Assembly: GCA_963746085.1 (NCBI GenBank)
Contig: CAVVAI010000008.1
Location: 291,777-355,776, forward strand
Length of the DNA: 64,000 nt
Origin: an uncultured beta proteobacterium
Lineage (GTDB): Bacteria > Pseudomonadota > Gammaproteobacteria > Burkholderiales > Burkholderiaceae_F
Direction of reading: 5' to 3'
The notes beneath the pieces were generated by a model. The model had not been told where the DNA came from. It ran no database searches and worked only from the letters and a program-made list of their open reading frames with translations. Each line of letters opens with the position of its first letter. Positions within the stretch are counted from its first letter, which is position 1. The translations under genes were made by a program, and so were the position numbers. Below are positions 62,920 to 64,000 of the stretch, in pieces.

Positions 62920-63306
62920 TCAGGTGCTCAACTGCCAGCGCTGCGGCTCGTGGCATTCGAAGAGTTCAATCAACAGATCATCCGGCCCGGCGATCATCAC
63001 ATAATTGAACTTCGGGTGCTTCCGAATGGCATTTCGGAACGAATACCCTTTCAACTTCATCTTCGCCACCAGTCCGCCCAGATCGTCGGTCTCGATCCCC
63101 AAATGATGAATCGCGCCTCCTCGCTCAACCGTGGGCGGCTGATCGTACACATGAACGAATGCGTGCCCGAGCGCCAGTCGAACATTTCGCACACCGGCGG
63201 CTTCCTCGTCCCAGACCACTTTCGCGTCGAGCATCGAGCAAAAGAAATTTAACGTCGCCGCAAGATCGGACGCGAATATATGTACATGATCAAGACTTAC
63301 ACGCAC
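62920..63306 (-). CDS. VOC (glyoxalase/bleomycin-resistance/dioxygenase) family protein
   Basis: 128 aa. 'LDHVHIFASDL..T..FF' and 'IHHLGIETDDL' are paired beta-alpha-beta-beta-beta modules. Confidence 0.8.
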   Translation of the reverse strand: MRVSLDHVHIFASDLAATLNFFCSMLDAKVVWDEEAAGVRNVRLALGHAFVHVYDQPPTVERGGAIHHLGIETDDLGGLVAKMKLKGYSFRNAIRKHPKFNYVMIAGPDDLLIELFECHEPQRWQLST

Positions 63307-63401
63307 GCTGCTCCTCCACGAGCTGCCCTAGTACGATTCAGGTCACGAGCGAACGACGGCCGCGTCGCTATGCTCTTCACTTACTCGTGCGGGGTTTCCA
63401 A

Positions 63402-64000
63402 ATGAGCTTACGTCGCATTCTTGCCGCTTGCATCTTCGTGTGGCCAATGGCGGCATTCGCGCAGGGTTACCCTTCCAAACCGATCCGCCTCGTCGTGCCA
63501 TTTCCCCCGGCCGGCGCGACCGACATTTTGTCGCGCGAGCTGGCGCGGCAGTTGTCGGACCGGTTGAAGCAACAGGTGATCGTCGATAATCGCCCGGGCG
63601 CCGGCGGGACTTTGGGCAGCGATCTCGTGGCCAAGAGCGCTGCCGATGGCTACACGATCCAGATGGCCACCAGCTCGACGCATTCGATCGGCCCCAGTTT
63701 GAATCCGAAGATCCCGTACAACGCGCAGACCGACTTCACGCCGGTCGCGCACGTGGCCAACTCGGTCAACGTGCTGCTGATCGCGCCGAACGTCAAAGCG
63801 AGCAACGTCGCCGAGCTGACTACATTGCTGAAGTCGAGCCCGGCCCAATTCAACTACGGATCGAGCGGCAACGGCACGATCGTTCATCTGACCGGCGAGT
63901 TGTTCAAGTCGATGACGGGAACCTACGTCGTTCACATTCCCTATCGAGGCACGGCGCTGGTGATTCCCGACATGATGAGCGGGCAGATTCACATGTTGTT
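63402..64000 (+). CDS. TctC/Bug-family substrate-binding protein (3' end beyond window)
   Basis: Not in the ORF track because no stop lies in the window. ATG at 63402. 'MSLRRILAACIFVWPMAAFAQGYPSKPIRLVVPFPPAGATDILSRELA...VIVDNRPGAGG'. Confidence 0.85.
   Translation, partial: MSLRRILAACIFVWPMAAFAQGYPSKPIRLVVPFPPAGATDILSRELARQLSDRLKQQVIVDNRPGAGGTLGSDLVAKSAADGYTIQMATSSTHSIGPSLNPKIPYNAQTDFTPVAHVANSVNVLLIAPNVKASNVAELTTLLKSSPAQFNYGSSGNGTIVHLTGELFKSMTGTYVVHIPYRGTALVIPDMMSGQIHML

Overview
High-GC (judged by eye, not computed) betaproteobacterial chromosome segment. Gene order and protein sequences look Burkholderiaceae-like, but that placement is from memory, not a search.

Roughly 1-43.4 kb is housekeeping core:
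- livKHMGF
- argC, queG
- tsaE-amiC, mutL, an MFS gene, miaA
- an intact TRAP transporter
- a PurM-superfamily gene divergent from hda
- HAD-pcnB-folK-dNK-panBC
- tRNA-Leu-queA-tgt-yajC-secDF
- a YCII/DUF1428/PhnB/DUF2214 stress-type cluster
- cytochrome c', purB, GST, ugpQ, a CoA-transferase, acyP

From about 43.4 kb the content is accessory:
- a visibly lower-GC island with a ring-opening amidohydrolase (AtzD/barbiturase family), a 57-aa AtzG-like ORF missing from the ORF track, an AtzE-like amidase, an AtzH-like gene, an M20 amidohydrolase and TctC (Bug) binding proteins
- a second, decayed TRAP operon
- a co-directional string: alpha/beta-hydrolase-LuxR, diiron oxygenase, secreted protein, TPR protein
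- a tctBA-centred catabolic cluster

There are two tRNAs (Thr-CGU, Leu-CAA). I saw no rRNA, CRISPR array, IS element, transposase, integrase or phage gene.

The dominant unusual signal is gene decay. By reading conserved motifs across frames I count about 31 frame disruptions. They are confined to 11 genes: argC, mutL, hda, tgt, purB, ugpQ, a CaiB-type CoA-transferase, the AtzH-like gene and dctP/Q/M of the second TRAP operon. Neighbouring genes have normal-length ORFs. This clustering, together with a triply broken mutL, fits real pseudogenisation (a genome-erosion, host-restricted lifestyle signature) better than random sequencing error, but read-level confirmation is needed.

Other items of note are a ~430-bp nested inverted-repeat element after livF and a 31-bp near-perfect palindrome between two divergent tctC genes.
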